64,000 nucleotides of DNA. Source: Azolla caroliniana (lineage: Eukaryota; Plantae; Polypodiophyta). The notes beneath the pieces were generated by a model that saw nothing but the letters and a program-made list of their open reading frames with translations, had not been told where the DNA came from and searched no databases. The translations under genes were made by a program, and so were the position numbers. Position 1 is the first letter of the stretch. Every line of letters starts with the position of its first letter. The stretch spans positions 2,170,001 to 2,234,000 of the forward strand of contig JBHGNT010000003.1 in the NCBI GenBank assembly GCA_043228905.1. The letters are read 5' to 3'. Below are positions 1 through 11,300 of the stretch, one piece after another.

Positions 1-892
1 TCCACCTTCATCAAATTAATACAGTCAATCATCACCAAGTAATTAGTCTAAAAGGAATATTGTAGAAACAATATTTTCTTTCTCTGAAACAAATGGAAGA
101 CATTAAATGGTGTGGCAATTTTACTCTAGTCACATAGCTTTTAAGCAATTGTGTTGGCCATTCTTTAGTTAAACAATGTATATTTGCAGGTATATTCGTC
201 TTCATAAAACATAATCAATACTTGTACTATGCTAAGGCATAATGTATTCTTGCATGTATCTTTTTCTCTTCTTAACAAGGAAGGTTCTTACAATTAGTAA
301 TACATGGAGTGGACCCCGTAGTTTTCATTTGGCTTGTGGGAATGTGCTTTTGCCTTTACGAACTGAAATTAATGGGTGGACATCGATAGTTAATGTGCAT
401 TCTTACTCTTGAGACATATGCACATTGTAGTTGGTTGGCGATTTGCACAAAAATAATGTTATGTGTGCACTACTTGACAATGCTTTGAATTGTTTGTGCC
501 TTTTGATCTTGCACATTGGACCAGTAACTTGTTTTATGCCTTTACTTTTAAACCATTTTGCATGTTTGTGCATAAGTTTGTATACATACATGGTTATGTA
601 AGAGCTTGTGAATGCATATGTGGATGTGAATTTGCCTTGTGTGTGTGAATTCGCTCTGTTGCTTCTCTACTCTTGGTTCTTATGTTGCTCTTCGTTGCTC
701 CTCCGCGCTTCCTTAATCAACTCTCGTCGCCTCATCAACCCTAAACTATGTTGAACAACTCTAGTATCCGATAAAGGGCAACAATAGGTTTCCAAACCTT
801 AGCCCTGGATTTCCTAAAGCCATCCAAAAATGACCAAAAAATCCCCCAAAATTGAAGAAGAGATTAAAAAATTATGAACTAATGTCATGAGT

Positions 893-1033
893 CAATGCAC
901 AAGCCATTCCACACATGGGCCACACATATCAACACCAACCTTTCCATGCTCCCGAGTAGGTTTTCAATCTCATGGGCACTAACTAAGATTGGATGATTTT
1001 TTGTTTTGTCAATGAGTGACCCCATAATGATTG
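893..1033 (-). pseudogene. Inverted decayed DUF247 fragment
   Basis: Minus-strand translation IIMGSLIDKTKNHPILVSAHEIENLLGSMERLV..VWNGLC aligns with FIMDSLIDTPEDLAILTKSHVIENLLGSDERLVQMWNDMC of the 2562 gene. Near-identical copy at ~35161-35301. Confidence 0.8.
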
Positions 1034-1082
1034 ATGGATGACATGAATCGGTCATGAAAAGAAAATGTAAAGGGTGAAGAGG

Positions 1083-1166
1083 TTTAATGAAAATTATAAA
1101 AATGACAAAGAAGAGATTATTAATGTAGATGTATTGGGACACTATAGGAGCCATTGGCATGCATTC
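1083..1166 (+). pseudogene. Decayed DUF247 C-terminal fragment (forward)
   Basis: Reads ...EIINVDVLGHYRSHWHAF, matching DVMGHYNSHWRIL / DIMEHYRIHW of intact genes. Related copies at ~7670-7720 and ~35350-35434. Confidence 0.65.
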
Positions 1167-2500
1167 ACACAAGTTGTACAAACCACCTAATTACACAACA
1201 CTACATGATGGTGTGTCAAACACTATTCTACTCTTAGTCTCTCTTCATGAGGATAACGAGGCAAATAAAATAAACGCCTCTCCACAACCACTTGTGCATG
1301 TCTTGGACAATAGCGAGCGTAAACCATAAGGGTAGGAGATAAGAATACCACAAACACAAAAGGGCAAAAAGTGTTTAATGCATAGAGAGTGAGTTGAAAA
1401 TGACTTCCTTTCTATATTTAATAATTCTAATCTCTTTATACCTTTCACAAGAGATGACATAAAGTGCTTTATGGTGGATCTCCATCCCATCATTAAGCTT
1501 TAATTATCAAGTTGTTAGGTCAAATAGAGAATGGTGACCATGCTCGTCAATGGTCTTCCGACAACAATATGGAAAACAACTTTGTGCCTTGTGAAGTCAT
1601 GTCCACTTTAAAGGTTTCAATTTATCCAGGCAATCATAGTTCGAGATAAAGGCACAATTATTGGAGGGAAGGCAATGCACACCAATTGATAATAAGATGT
1701 TGGTTTTTGGATTTAAACAATGGATAAAGTTGGAGGTTGTACATTAATTCATGTTTCAAAGGCCAAGTCAACCTTCCATTTGACTTTCAGGAGAGTTGAT
1801 AAAATATATGTGACCTTTTTCTCTACCACCTTTTTCATTCTATACACACCACATGAAGATGTCCAACTCTTTTCATATATGTGACCTTAGAGGAGAATCA
1901 TAACATTCATCTACTTCTATCAATTAGTAAATCGATATAAAGATAGGTAGACTTTATTTTCTTCTCAATAGATATTTTATTGTCCATGGTGAGGTCAAAT
2001 TTGACCTATGGGACCAAATCATCTTGTATACGACTCCTTTCTAATGAAGGGGGTTTACTACTCACTTCCAGCTAAAAACTCTTGATGAGAGAGAGCGAGA
2101 GGGAGAGAGATATCGACCAATTTTTTTTAATAAAATGTTTAAAAATCATGTGCATTTCTGGAAATATAGGGAAAAATAGATATTGCAAGTAGAACATAAA
2201 AGTCAATACTTTCTTCTGTAGACTTGTAAGACCCAGGGAAAGACAATTGAATAGTTCATAAATAATTGACTGGTGTGGGCCACCTTACACCTAAGATGCA
2301 AATAAAGGACAAAACTCTAACACTTTATTTCCTTGGAGACTCTCAAGACACAAGATAAACAAATGTGAAGGACTTTTCAACTCTCCCCTCCCATACCACT
2401 ATATCATAATGTGAGGAAAGCAACTCATAGATGTATGAAAATAGGATTGGTACTTCATATAAGTTACCTTGTACAAGAAAGCATCAAGTCAGAATTCAAG

Positions 2501-2532
<32 letters not shown>

Positions 2533-2561
2533 GAGAAGAAGAAGTGGTAGTAGTTTGAGAT

Positions 2562-4091
2562 ATGGGTGAGAATATCAACAAAGATATATGCCTTACAATT
2601 CAAATGAATGGGGATATGGATATATGCAATGGTAACCATTTATGTGAACCTACCTTTCATAGCCATAAATCCCCCACCCATGGGCAAATTAATCAACACA
2701 ACTTTACTTCAGAAGAAGAATGGAGGCAATACATGAAGAATGAGATCAGTAAGGCTAGCACACCTTTGGTCAGCAAAGGCCCCAAGATTTCGATGGCTCC
2801 CCAAGCATTGCTAGAGGTCAAGCCGCAATCATACTGCCCTCGCATCTTGAACATTGGTCCATTGAATCAAATGCTTGGGCGTTCCCCTATTGATAAATGT
2901 AAAGCACTTTGTGTGAAGAAATTCATGGAAAGACATAATCTACTGAATGTGGAAGACCTCATGGAAAAATTTCTCTCTGATCTTGATCATAGCCTCAAAG
3001 GTAACTACTCCAATCCCCCTGACTACAATTTTGAGTCAACCCAACTTTTGTTCACTATTGATGCTGTCTTCATTCTCGAATTCTTGTTGTTCATGAAGAA
3101 TGATTGCCGATCCGAAGATGATAAGGGAACTCGATATTTGTACACTTTCTTCAACAATGATATTACACATACCCAAATGTGCAGGGATTTGTTCTTGATA
3201 GGCAACCAAATTCCCATGTCATTTCTAAAGAAGATTGCAAAGATTTCAAATCTGAAGACTGCAGAGACTCCAACGAACCATAGCTCTGGAACAAGTAGTC
3301 TAAAAGACTACTTAAATCATATTGTTTTCATAAACCATCCATTCTTTGGGAGCCAATTTCACCACCGGAATAGTCAAGCAAGTTGGATGCAAACTGTAAA
3401 TTTTCTCAATTGCAATCATCTACTTGATTGCCTATACGTCTCCTGCACACAACCACCACAAGAACCGCTGAGACAATTTAGTCCTCCAAAGCTTTTGAAT
3501 GTATTTCAAAAGACCAGGAAGGCAGAAGGTAGCAAGAAGAAATATAACCGCCTCCCGAATGCTTCTCAGCTCCTGAAAGCTGGAATTAGGTTTAAGGCTT
3601 GTGAAGGCAACATATCAGTGATCAAGTATAACAAGAGGAAGTTTCAGCTGGATCTACCACAAATTGTTGTGGCTGATAACACAGAGGATATACTAAGGAA
3701 TCTCTTGGCCCATGAGCAAACTTCGAAAGAAGGCGGCGAGTTTTGTATGTATGCATTCATCATGGACTCGCTCATCGACACACCGGAGGATCTCGCGATC
3801 CTGACAAAGTCCCATGTGATAGAGAATCTACTGGGGAGCGATGAAAGGCTGGTTCAGATGTGGAATGACATGTGCAGAAACCTCGGAGCTCAACCATGTA
3901 AAAAATGGGAAGACATAACCAGAGATGTAATGGGACACTACAACAGTCATTGGCGCATCTTGTACGTGGAGTTCTGTGCAAAGTTCTTTTCTCGGCCGTG
4001 GCTATGGATTTCGGTCGTTGGGGCATTTGTGCTTCTCTTGTTTTCATTTTTGCAGACGATATATACAGTGTTAGGTTATTACAATGGTTAA
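2562..4091 (+). CDS. DUF247 / UPF0481 family protein (509 aa), intronless
   Basis: Motifs YCPRILNIGP, DLFLIGNQIP, HLLDCL, ASQLLKAGIRF, NLLAHEQ, MDSLIDTPEDLAIL, and a C-terminal hydrophobic helix PWLWISVVGAFVLLLFSFLQTIYTV. Confidence 0.93.
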   Translation: MGENINKDICLTIQMNGDMDICNGNHLCEPTFHSHKSPTHGQINQHNFTSEEEWRQYMKNEISKASTPLVSKGPKISMAPQALLEVKPQSYCPRILNIGPLNQMLGRSPIDKCKALCVKKFMERHNLLNVEDLMEKFLSDLDHSLKGNYSNPPDYNFESTQLLFTIDAVFILEFLLFMKNDCRSEDDKGTRYLYTFFNNDITHTQMCRDLFLIGNQIPMSFLKKIAKISNLKTAETPTNHSSGTSSLKDYLNHIVFINHPFFGSQFHHRNSQASWMQTVNFLNCNHLLDCLYVSCTQPPQEPLRQFSPPKLLNVFQKTRKAEGSKKKYNRLPNASQLLKAGIRFKACEGNISVIKYNKRKFQLDLPQIVVADNTEDILRNLLAHEQTSKEGGEFCMYAFIMDSLIDTPEDLAILTKSHVIENLLGSDERLVQMWNDMCRNLGAQPCKKWEDITRDVMGHYNSHWRILYVEFCAKFFSRPWLWISVVGAFVLLLFSFLQTIYTVLGYYNG

Positions 4092-5316
4092 CCTAATCCT
4101 AAATACTAGAGAAAATCAGGAAGCTCAAAACAGTCCAGTGTTGGGGTGTTTCTTTTATATCTTTGGGATCTTGTCCTACTTCATTTATGTGTGTTTTATT
4201 TATAAACCATGTCAAATTATAATTATGGAAGATGAATTTGTAGAAGTAAACTGAGTCATAAGTTATGATTTTCTGTACATTTAGAAAAAATGTTGTAACT
4301 ATCCATTCACATTGATTTTGGCCACCATTGGCTTGTTTTGGGGGAGATTCAACCTTGTAGGTGTTAGTCCTAAGTCTGCAATTCCGAAATATACATTCTG
4401 AAATCGAATAGAATGATAAAATTTAGAAATATCTAAGACATTAGAAAAATCTAGCACTAGCTAAAAGTTTTTTAGAAAAAGAGAAACAAAATATGGTATA
4501 TAGACTTTTGTCAATAAAATTTTGTATGTCATGTTTTAATGATGTGGCTGTACATAATTATATTGATGACCTTCAGAGTTTTCCCTAACATTGATTATTT
4601 GCCCTCCATTAACACCTCTAATAACACAGTCTGGAAATTATGAATGGTTTTCTGAGAGTAAGTTAGAGCTTTCTTGTGGAGAGACAAAAACAGAATCCAA
4701 AAGGTTTTCGAGTTTTTATTATTTGGAGTACTACATCTCCCAAACAATTATACTTGCACTATAAGTTGGGGTCTGCTTTCCCTCTAAGTCCTTTGTGTTA
4801 GTTTCTCCCTAATTGGTTTTGGCCACAATTGGTTCGTTCTTGCCAAGGTTCCTAAAAATGTTAAAATCAAGCACTATCCAAGACCTTAGAAAAACCTAAA
4901 TGGATTGCAATACATCATGGCTTATGCGAAACATGATTATTGTTGTTAATATAATTAGTAGAATTTATATGGGTTATCTCTGATAATCATGATAATGTAA
5001 TTAATATCTAATTATTTTGTTGTAGTCAGTGTTGTGTTTACTATGATTAATCCACAGAGAGCCACACATAAACAACTAACAACTTTGCCTCAACTTTGCC
5101 TCAAATTTTCCATCAATGTAAAAAGCTCGCCTAAATGATATTCAAATCCAGACTGTAATATAAATTAAAGACTTGCACAGAGCATGGGTTGACCAATCTC
5201 CTTGCTCATCTACAAACCTTTACAAATAAGGAGTTGACTGTACTATGTATGCCATCATAGAGTTGATTTTTATTCAGCTCATCAACGCCCCCAGAAGAAG
5301 AAGAAGAAGAAGAAGA

Positions 5317-5730
5317 CTGCTGTTGATGGACAACCAAATTCCCATGTCATTTCTGAAGAAGGTTGCTCTAGAGATTCCAAACAATCCTGACTTCTCAATG
5401 GCTTATCTCAAGCAAACCCGTTACGAGTTTTATTAAGAAGCAGAATCCATTCTTTTCACATAATCCATCCTTCTATAGTAAAAAAAGATTTCAAGACTGA
5501 TTTCATTGATTTCCAGCATCTACTTGATTTGCTCTATGTTTCGTGCCCTGAAACATCCAAAGAATCTAATTCTGAAGTATCCCTCAATGTTTCACGCACT
5601 GAAACAGTCCCAGAATCTAATTCTGAGGTATCCTTCAATGTTTTCACGCCCTGAAATAGTCCAAGAATCTGATTCTGAAATATCCCTCAATGTTTCCAGC
5701 ACTGAAACAGTCCAAGAATCTAATTCTGAA
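5317..5730 (+). pseudogene. DUF247 internal fragment (9426-gene type) fused directly to a (GAA)n leader
   Basis: LLLMDNQIPMSFLKK, an HLLD-like segment and degenerate 51-bp repeats, with stops and frameshifts. N- and C-terminal parts are missing. Confidence 0.85.
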
Positions 5731-6899
5731 GTAGATGACGACGAAAGAGGTGGATGTTAATGCATGGAAATTCGTCAATAGGATCCACAATGATATTAGA
5801 ACTTTTAGACCATGATTGCACTCAAAAATTGATGTTGAACATCCAAATCAACCTTGATTAATCCTACAAGTGATAGCAATCCCCCACCAATTATAATTTA
5901 TTACTGTTCCCAATTGAAGCTCACAATGCAATGTCTTGTACTCCAATTATAAGAATATATGACATTAATTTTGAACATAGTAACATATCATCATAATGCT
6001 GTCATGTGTTCTACACTACATTTGAAAAGATGCATTGACACCATTGAAAGAGATTACACGATGATGCTCGTAACATTAGAACGAACATTTCTTCAGAAAT
6101 AAACATTAGAATTTTAAAAATTATGAAGTAGGAGCCTCTTGATGCATTTTTTATTCCATAATATGAATGTAAATCTTCCTACTTAATGGCAAAAGAAATC
6201 AACCTTCCATTCATAGGCGAGCATCTTGACCATACATATGTTTGCTTACATGATAAATCTACTAATGCAATGAACAAAGTAATCCCAATAGACCCCATGA
6301 TTTTGGCAAGCTAAAAACTCCTAGCCTTCCCATCGATGATCACCTTTTTGAAAAGTTTTGATATATCCATCAATGATAACACTAGAACTATGATAATAGT
6401 ACTATATCATGCTCATCATCTCATACTAGACCCACCTGATCACTGACATATTAATCTTTATAACAGACCCACTAGTTTTAATTTCCATTCAAGTTGGGAT
6501 AAGGTTGACTAACATGATCTTTGGTTCTGCATACATCCCTGTACCTAACTACCTACTTACAAGTTACTTGGCAATTCATAGACAGATAGGTAGACTTTAT
6601 TATTGTCTTTGCAAATACGACCTAGAGTATCATCTCAAACAAAGTGAAAGCATAAAGAAAAACTTTTGCATATTTCCACGTTTTCCCCGTTGTTTTCTAT
6701 TCATACTAGATCCATACACCTCATATACAGAGAAAGGAACAAAACTTGAGACATCTCCAAACTCTAAAAACACAATAAAGACTAATGAATGGCTCATGGA
6801 TCATCAACATCATATCTCAGAACAAAGTACTACCTAGATTAGGAGTCTTCCATCCCCTAGTATATTGTGTCAAGAAAGTACCAGAATTTGTGGAGAACG

Positions 6900-7460
6900 A
6901 AGAAAAAAACAATGGTGGCGCTATCATCCACCAAAGCTGAGTATGTGGCCACAACACTAGCGGCAAAAGAAGGCTTGTGGCTCAAAACTACTTGTCACAT
7001 ATAAAAATGTATTGTGATAATCAATATTGTATCAAGATTGCTATAAACCCTAAACTCACAGACCAAAACAAACATATAAAGGCTAACCATCACTTCATAC
7101 GAGACATATTCAAAATAAAAGAGCTTGAACTCCAATATACTCAAACAATCACTATGTGGGCTGATTTTCTCACTAAACCGGTACCACACCAAAACATTGG
7201 CAGCGTTGTTCAAAGCTAGGACTTTAGCTTGACCACAACAAAGGAAGTATTTAGATTAGAGAGTATTTAAAAAATTTATATTTGGGGGTGGGGGGGGGGG
7301 GGGGTTAGAATATAATATAAATATCTATAGGAGACATTACACATAATAAAATATTACATCAGTTAGAACTTCTTTTGTAACTTACACATTAAAATGTTTT
7401 GTAAGTTTCTATGTAAAGTATTCTCACTAGCATAATGAAATACATAGAATTCTTCTTTAC
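6900..7460 (+). mobile_element. Ty1/copia remnant: RNase H 3' end, polypurine tract and probable LTR start
   Basis: VALSSTKAEYVA..AKEGLWL, YCDNQ..IKIA.NP, KHIK..HHFIRD, WADFLTKP are copia RNase H motifs. A G-rich PPT lies at ~7284-7304. The right boundary is uncertain. Confidence 0.85.
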
Positions 7461-8929
7461 AACATTGTCTCTCCATCTCTGTCAATCTCTCTTTTTCTCC
7501 CTCTCTCCTTCTTGTGTGTTATTGCTTCATTTCCCCTTACACTTGGAAGATCTTTTTTTTTGTCAACCAGTGAGCCCCTCGTTATTGATGTATGACATGA
7601 ATGGGTCATGAAAAGAAAATTTGAAAGACAAAGGGGTTTAATGAAAATTATGAAAAGGACGAAAAACAGATTATTACCATAGATGTAATGGGACACTATA
7701 GATGGCATTGGCATGCATTCACAAGTTGTACAAACCACCTAATTACATAACACTACTTGATGGCAAAAAGTGTGGCAAAAAGTGCTTAATGAATAGAGAG
7801 TTTTGAAAATGTCTATCGAATGTTCAACAATGGCCATCCTAGTGAGTAGAGTATTAGGTTCTTCTAGGTCATTCTTGTCATGCGACAACAATATGAAAAA
7901 GAACTTTGTGACTTGTAAGTTCATGTCCAATATATCATGATGAATAATGGCTAACTTGATTCTACCCCTTCCACGTAGTTTTAATTATGAAAAATGCTAT
8001 TGTTTTTAATTCATCATCACATTATTATTCTTAATGATCAGTCATTCATTATCGATGAATCTAAAAGACATATTGTCACGTGAATAACATGGTATAGATA
8101 TTCAATAACATCACAACTTTAGGGGATGTTAGATAGATAACTAGAAATTATAACCTAGATCGAGTATAGAAAATCACAATGAGATGACAATGAAAGAGGT
8201 GGATATTAATACCTGGATTGCTCAACAAGATCCACGATGATATTTATTAGAACTTTTAGACCATGATTGCACACAAAAGTTAATGTTGGAACTCCAAATC
8301 TACCTTCACTACTCTTGTAGGTGAGAACAATCCCCCGCCAATGTAGTTATAATCTACTATTGTTAGAAAGAAAATTGGAGGTTAGAACTTAGGCTATACC
8401 ACGATGTTCCCATCTAAAGCTCACAATGCAATATCTTGTAGTCCAATAATAAGAATATGACATTAATTTTGAACATAGGTACATATCATCATTATCTTGC
8501 CATGTATTCTACTCTATATTTGGAAATATATATTGACCATTTAAAGGGATTCATGATATTCGCAACATAAAAAACAACATTCTTCGAGAAATTGGTATTA
8601 GGATTTTAAAAATGATGGAAGTAGGAGCTTCTTGATGCATTTATGTTTCAAGAGCCATGGGAACTTGGTGTATAAAATCTTGATTCCATAATATGCATGT
8701 AAAACTTCCTACTTAATGGCAAAAGAAATCAATCATTCACACATACGTGAGCACCTTAGCCGTACATATGGTATATCTATTAATGCGATGAACAAAGTAA
8801 TCCTAGTGGGACCCCATGATTTTGGCAAGCCAAAGACCCCCTAGCCTTCCCATAAAGGGTGCCGGTTACATTTTGGAACAACATATTGTAGAAACAATAT
8901 TTTCTTTTCCCGAAACAAATTGGAGTAAA

Positions 8930-9310
8930 ATGGTATTGCAAATTTACGCAAGTCGCATAGTTTTTAAAGATTTGGGTTGGACATTCTTTAATTGAACAAT
9001 GTACATTCATGAGACATAGTCTATGGTGTTGCAAAATTTATGCAAGTCGCATAGTTTTTAAAGATTTGTGTTGGACGTTCTATAAGTAAACAATGTACAT
9101 ACATTAGACATAGTCAACAGTAGTACACTCTGCTAAGGCATAATGTATTGTTGCATAATGTACATTCATTGGACATAGTCAACAGTAGTACTCTGCTAAG
9201 GCATAATGTATTTTGTTGCATTCATTGGACATAGTCAACAGTAGTACTCTGCTAAGGCATAATGCATTTTGTTGCATAATGTACATTCATTGGACATAAT
9301 AAATAGTAGT
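8930..9310. repeat. Local tandem duplications (~55-90 bp units) in the upstream region of the 9426 gene
   Basis: Repeated units such as cattggacatagtcaacagtagtactctgctaaggcataatg. Confidence 0.75.
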
Positions 9311-9425
9311 ACTGTGCTCTTCTTAACATGGAAGGTTCCTACAATTAGTTAGTACAATTAGTTTTATGAACTGAAATTAAGCATAACCTGAAGAAGAAGA
9401 AGAAGAAGAAGAAGAAGAAGAAGGG

Positions 9426-11300
9426 ATGGGTGCTACATTGAGCTATGAAACCAGAAAAGGAAGTTCAAAGTTTGGGACTAGAATGTATCCATATGAACCC
9501 TCCATTGCCATGCAGCTTCATCAACCCAAATTCAGTACCGAAGATGAATGGATGAAGTACATGAAGATGAATGTAGATGCTCAAAATACACCTGCATATG
9601 ACTACAATTTCATGATTTTGAGGCCTCCCCAACATTTGTTTGAAGTGAAGCCAGAGTCATATTGCCCTAAATTAGTGACCATCGGCCCATTGTATCAAAA
9701 TCTTCAGAAATCCCCAATTGATAGATGTAAGGCACTTTGCATGAAGAAATTCATGGCAAGAAATGGGATACCAGGTGTGGAAGAGCTTATGAAAAAACTC
9801 ACCCTTGATCCCCAAGACCTTAGGAACATCTATATTGAGCTCCCAACTTACAAAGAGTTCCTAAAACTTCTGGTTACTGTGGATGCAGTCTTCATTCATG
9901 AAATCTTGCTCTTTCTGTGGAATAAGTCTGATGAAAATCCCAGACCCTCAGTAAGTAGCTCATACTTCTCCACATTCTACATCAATGGCCATACACTCCC
10001 CCTGAGACTACCGAGAGACCTCCTGTTGATGGGCAACCAAATTCCCATGTCATTTCTCAAAAGGATTGCTCAAGAGATTTCTAACAATGGAGACTTCTCG
10101 TCGGCTGATCTCGAGAAAACCGTGAGGGCTTTTATTATGAAGCACAATCCATTCTTTTCACATGATCCTTCCTTCTATAATGGAAAAGACTTCGAGAGCG
10201 ATTTGCTCGAATGCCAGCATCTACTTGATTCGCTCTATGTTTCATGCACTGAAACATTCAAGAGATCTGGTTCTCAAGTATCGATCGATGTTTCACATGC
10301 TCAAACAGTTGAAGCATCTGATTCTCAAGGATCTGCCAATGATTCACGCCCTAAAACAGGCCAAGCATATGATTCTCATGGATCTGCTAATGTCTCGCGC
10401 CCTAAAACAGGCCAAGCATCTGATTCTCAAAGATATGCTAATGGTTCACGCCCTAAACCAGGCCAAGAATCTGATTCTCAAAGATATGCTAATGGTTCAC
10501 GCCCTAAACCAGGTCAAGAATCTGATTCTCAAGGATATGGTAATGATTCACGCCCTAAACCAGGCCAAGAATCTGATTCTCAAGGATATGGTAATGGTTC
10601 ACGCCCTAAACCAGGCCAAGAATCTGATTCTCAAGGATATGCTAATGGTTCACACCCTAGAACAGGCCAAGGATCTTTCTCACTCCCTAAACCAGGCCAA
10701 GGATCTAATGCTGCCGAGATGAAGAAGACGCAGACGAAGAAGAAGCATCGTCGTCTCCCGCCAGCATCGGAGCTCTCGAAAGCCGGCATTTCGTTCAAGC
10801 CTTGTAAAGGCAACATATCTGTGATGAATTATGAAAAGGAAAAACGGCAGCTCGATCTTCCGGAGCTTGTGGTGTATGACAGCACAGAGGATGTGCTGAG
10901 GAGCCTCATTGCACATGAACGAGCCTCCAAACTGCAGAAAGAGTTTGCTATGTATGCGAAGATGATGGACATGCTGATCGACACGGAAGAAGATCTGGCG
11001 ATCTTGACAAATGCTAAAGTCATAGAGAACCATCTGGGGAATGGCGAGAAGTTGGTCGACATGTGGAACGACATGTGCACCGGCATTAATGTGGAGGAAA
11101 ACCCACCTGAGAAATGGGAGGAGATGATCCATGACATAGTGGCCCACCATTCATCCCGTTGGCGGCGTTGGTATGTGGAGTTTCGGGCCGTGTATTTCTC
11201 TCGCCCGTGGTTGCCCATTTCGATCCTCGCGGCGTTTACGCTGCTCTCGGCTTCAATTGTGCAGACGATCTATACAGTCTTAGGTTTTTATCACCCTTGA
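9426..11300 (+). CDS. DUF247 protein (624 aa) with a central 17-aa tandem repeat
   Basis: Full DUF247 motif set plus C-terminal TM helix. About 8 repeats of SQG(S/Y)ANxSRPKPGQESD lie between HLLDSLYVSC and RLPPASEL. Confidence 0.93.
   Translation: MGATLSYETRKGSSKFGTRMYPYEPSIAMQLHQPKFSTEDEWMKYMKMNVDAQNTPAYDYNFMILRPPQHLFEVKPESYCPKLVTIGPLYQNLQKSPIDRCKALCMKKFMARNGIPGVEELMKKLTLDPQDLRNIYIELPTYKEFLKLLVTVDAVFIHEILLFLWNKSDENPRPSVSSSYFSTFYINGHTLPLRLPRDLLLMGNQIPMSFLKRIAQEISNNGDFSSADLEKTVRAFIMKHNPFFSHDPSFYNGKDFESDLLECQHLLDSLYVSCTETFKRSGSQVSIDVSHAQTVEASDSQGSANDSRPKTGQAYDSHGSANVSRPKTGQASDSQRYANGSRPKPGQESDSQRYANGSRPKPGQESDSQGYGNDSRPKPGQESDSQGYGNGSRPKPGQESDSQGYANGSHPRTGQGSFSLPKPGQGSNAAEMKKTQTKKKHRRLPPASELSKAGISFKPCKGNISVMNYEKEKRQLDLPELVVYDSTEDVLRSLIAHERASKLQKEFAMYAKMMDMLIDTEEDLAILTNAKVIENHLGNGEKLVDMWNDMCTGINVEENPPEKWEEMIHDIVAHHSSRWRRWYVEFRAVYFSRPWLPISILAAFTLLSASIVQTIYTVLGFYHP
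10270..10705 (+). repeat. Coding 51-bp minisatellite
   Basis: Unit tctgattctcaaggatatgctaatggttcacgccctaaaccaggccaagaa. Related arrays at ~5560-5730 and ~39950-40285. Confidence 0.9.

Noticed and set aside
10162-10722. 186-aa alternative-frame ORF (ILKDMLMVHALNQAKNL repeats)
   Set aside because: A by-product of the 51-bp repeat lacking stops in a second frame. No independent evidence of coding.
10680-11218. Recurrent antisense ORFs over DUF247 3' halves
   Set aside because: Shadow ORFs of conserved coding sequence, with inconsistent starts and stops between paralogs.
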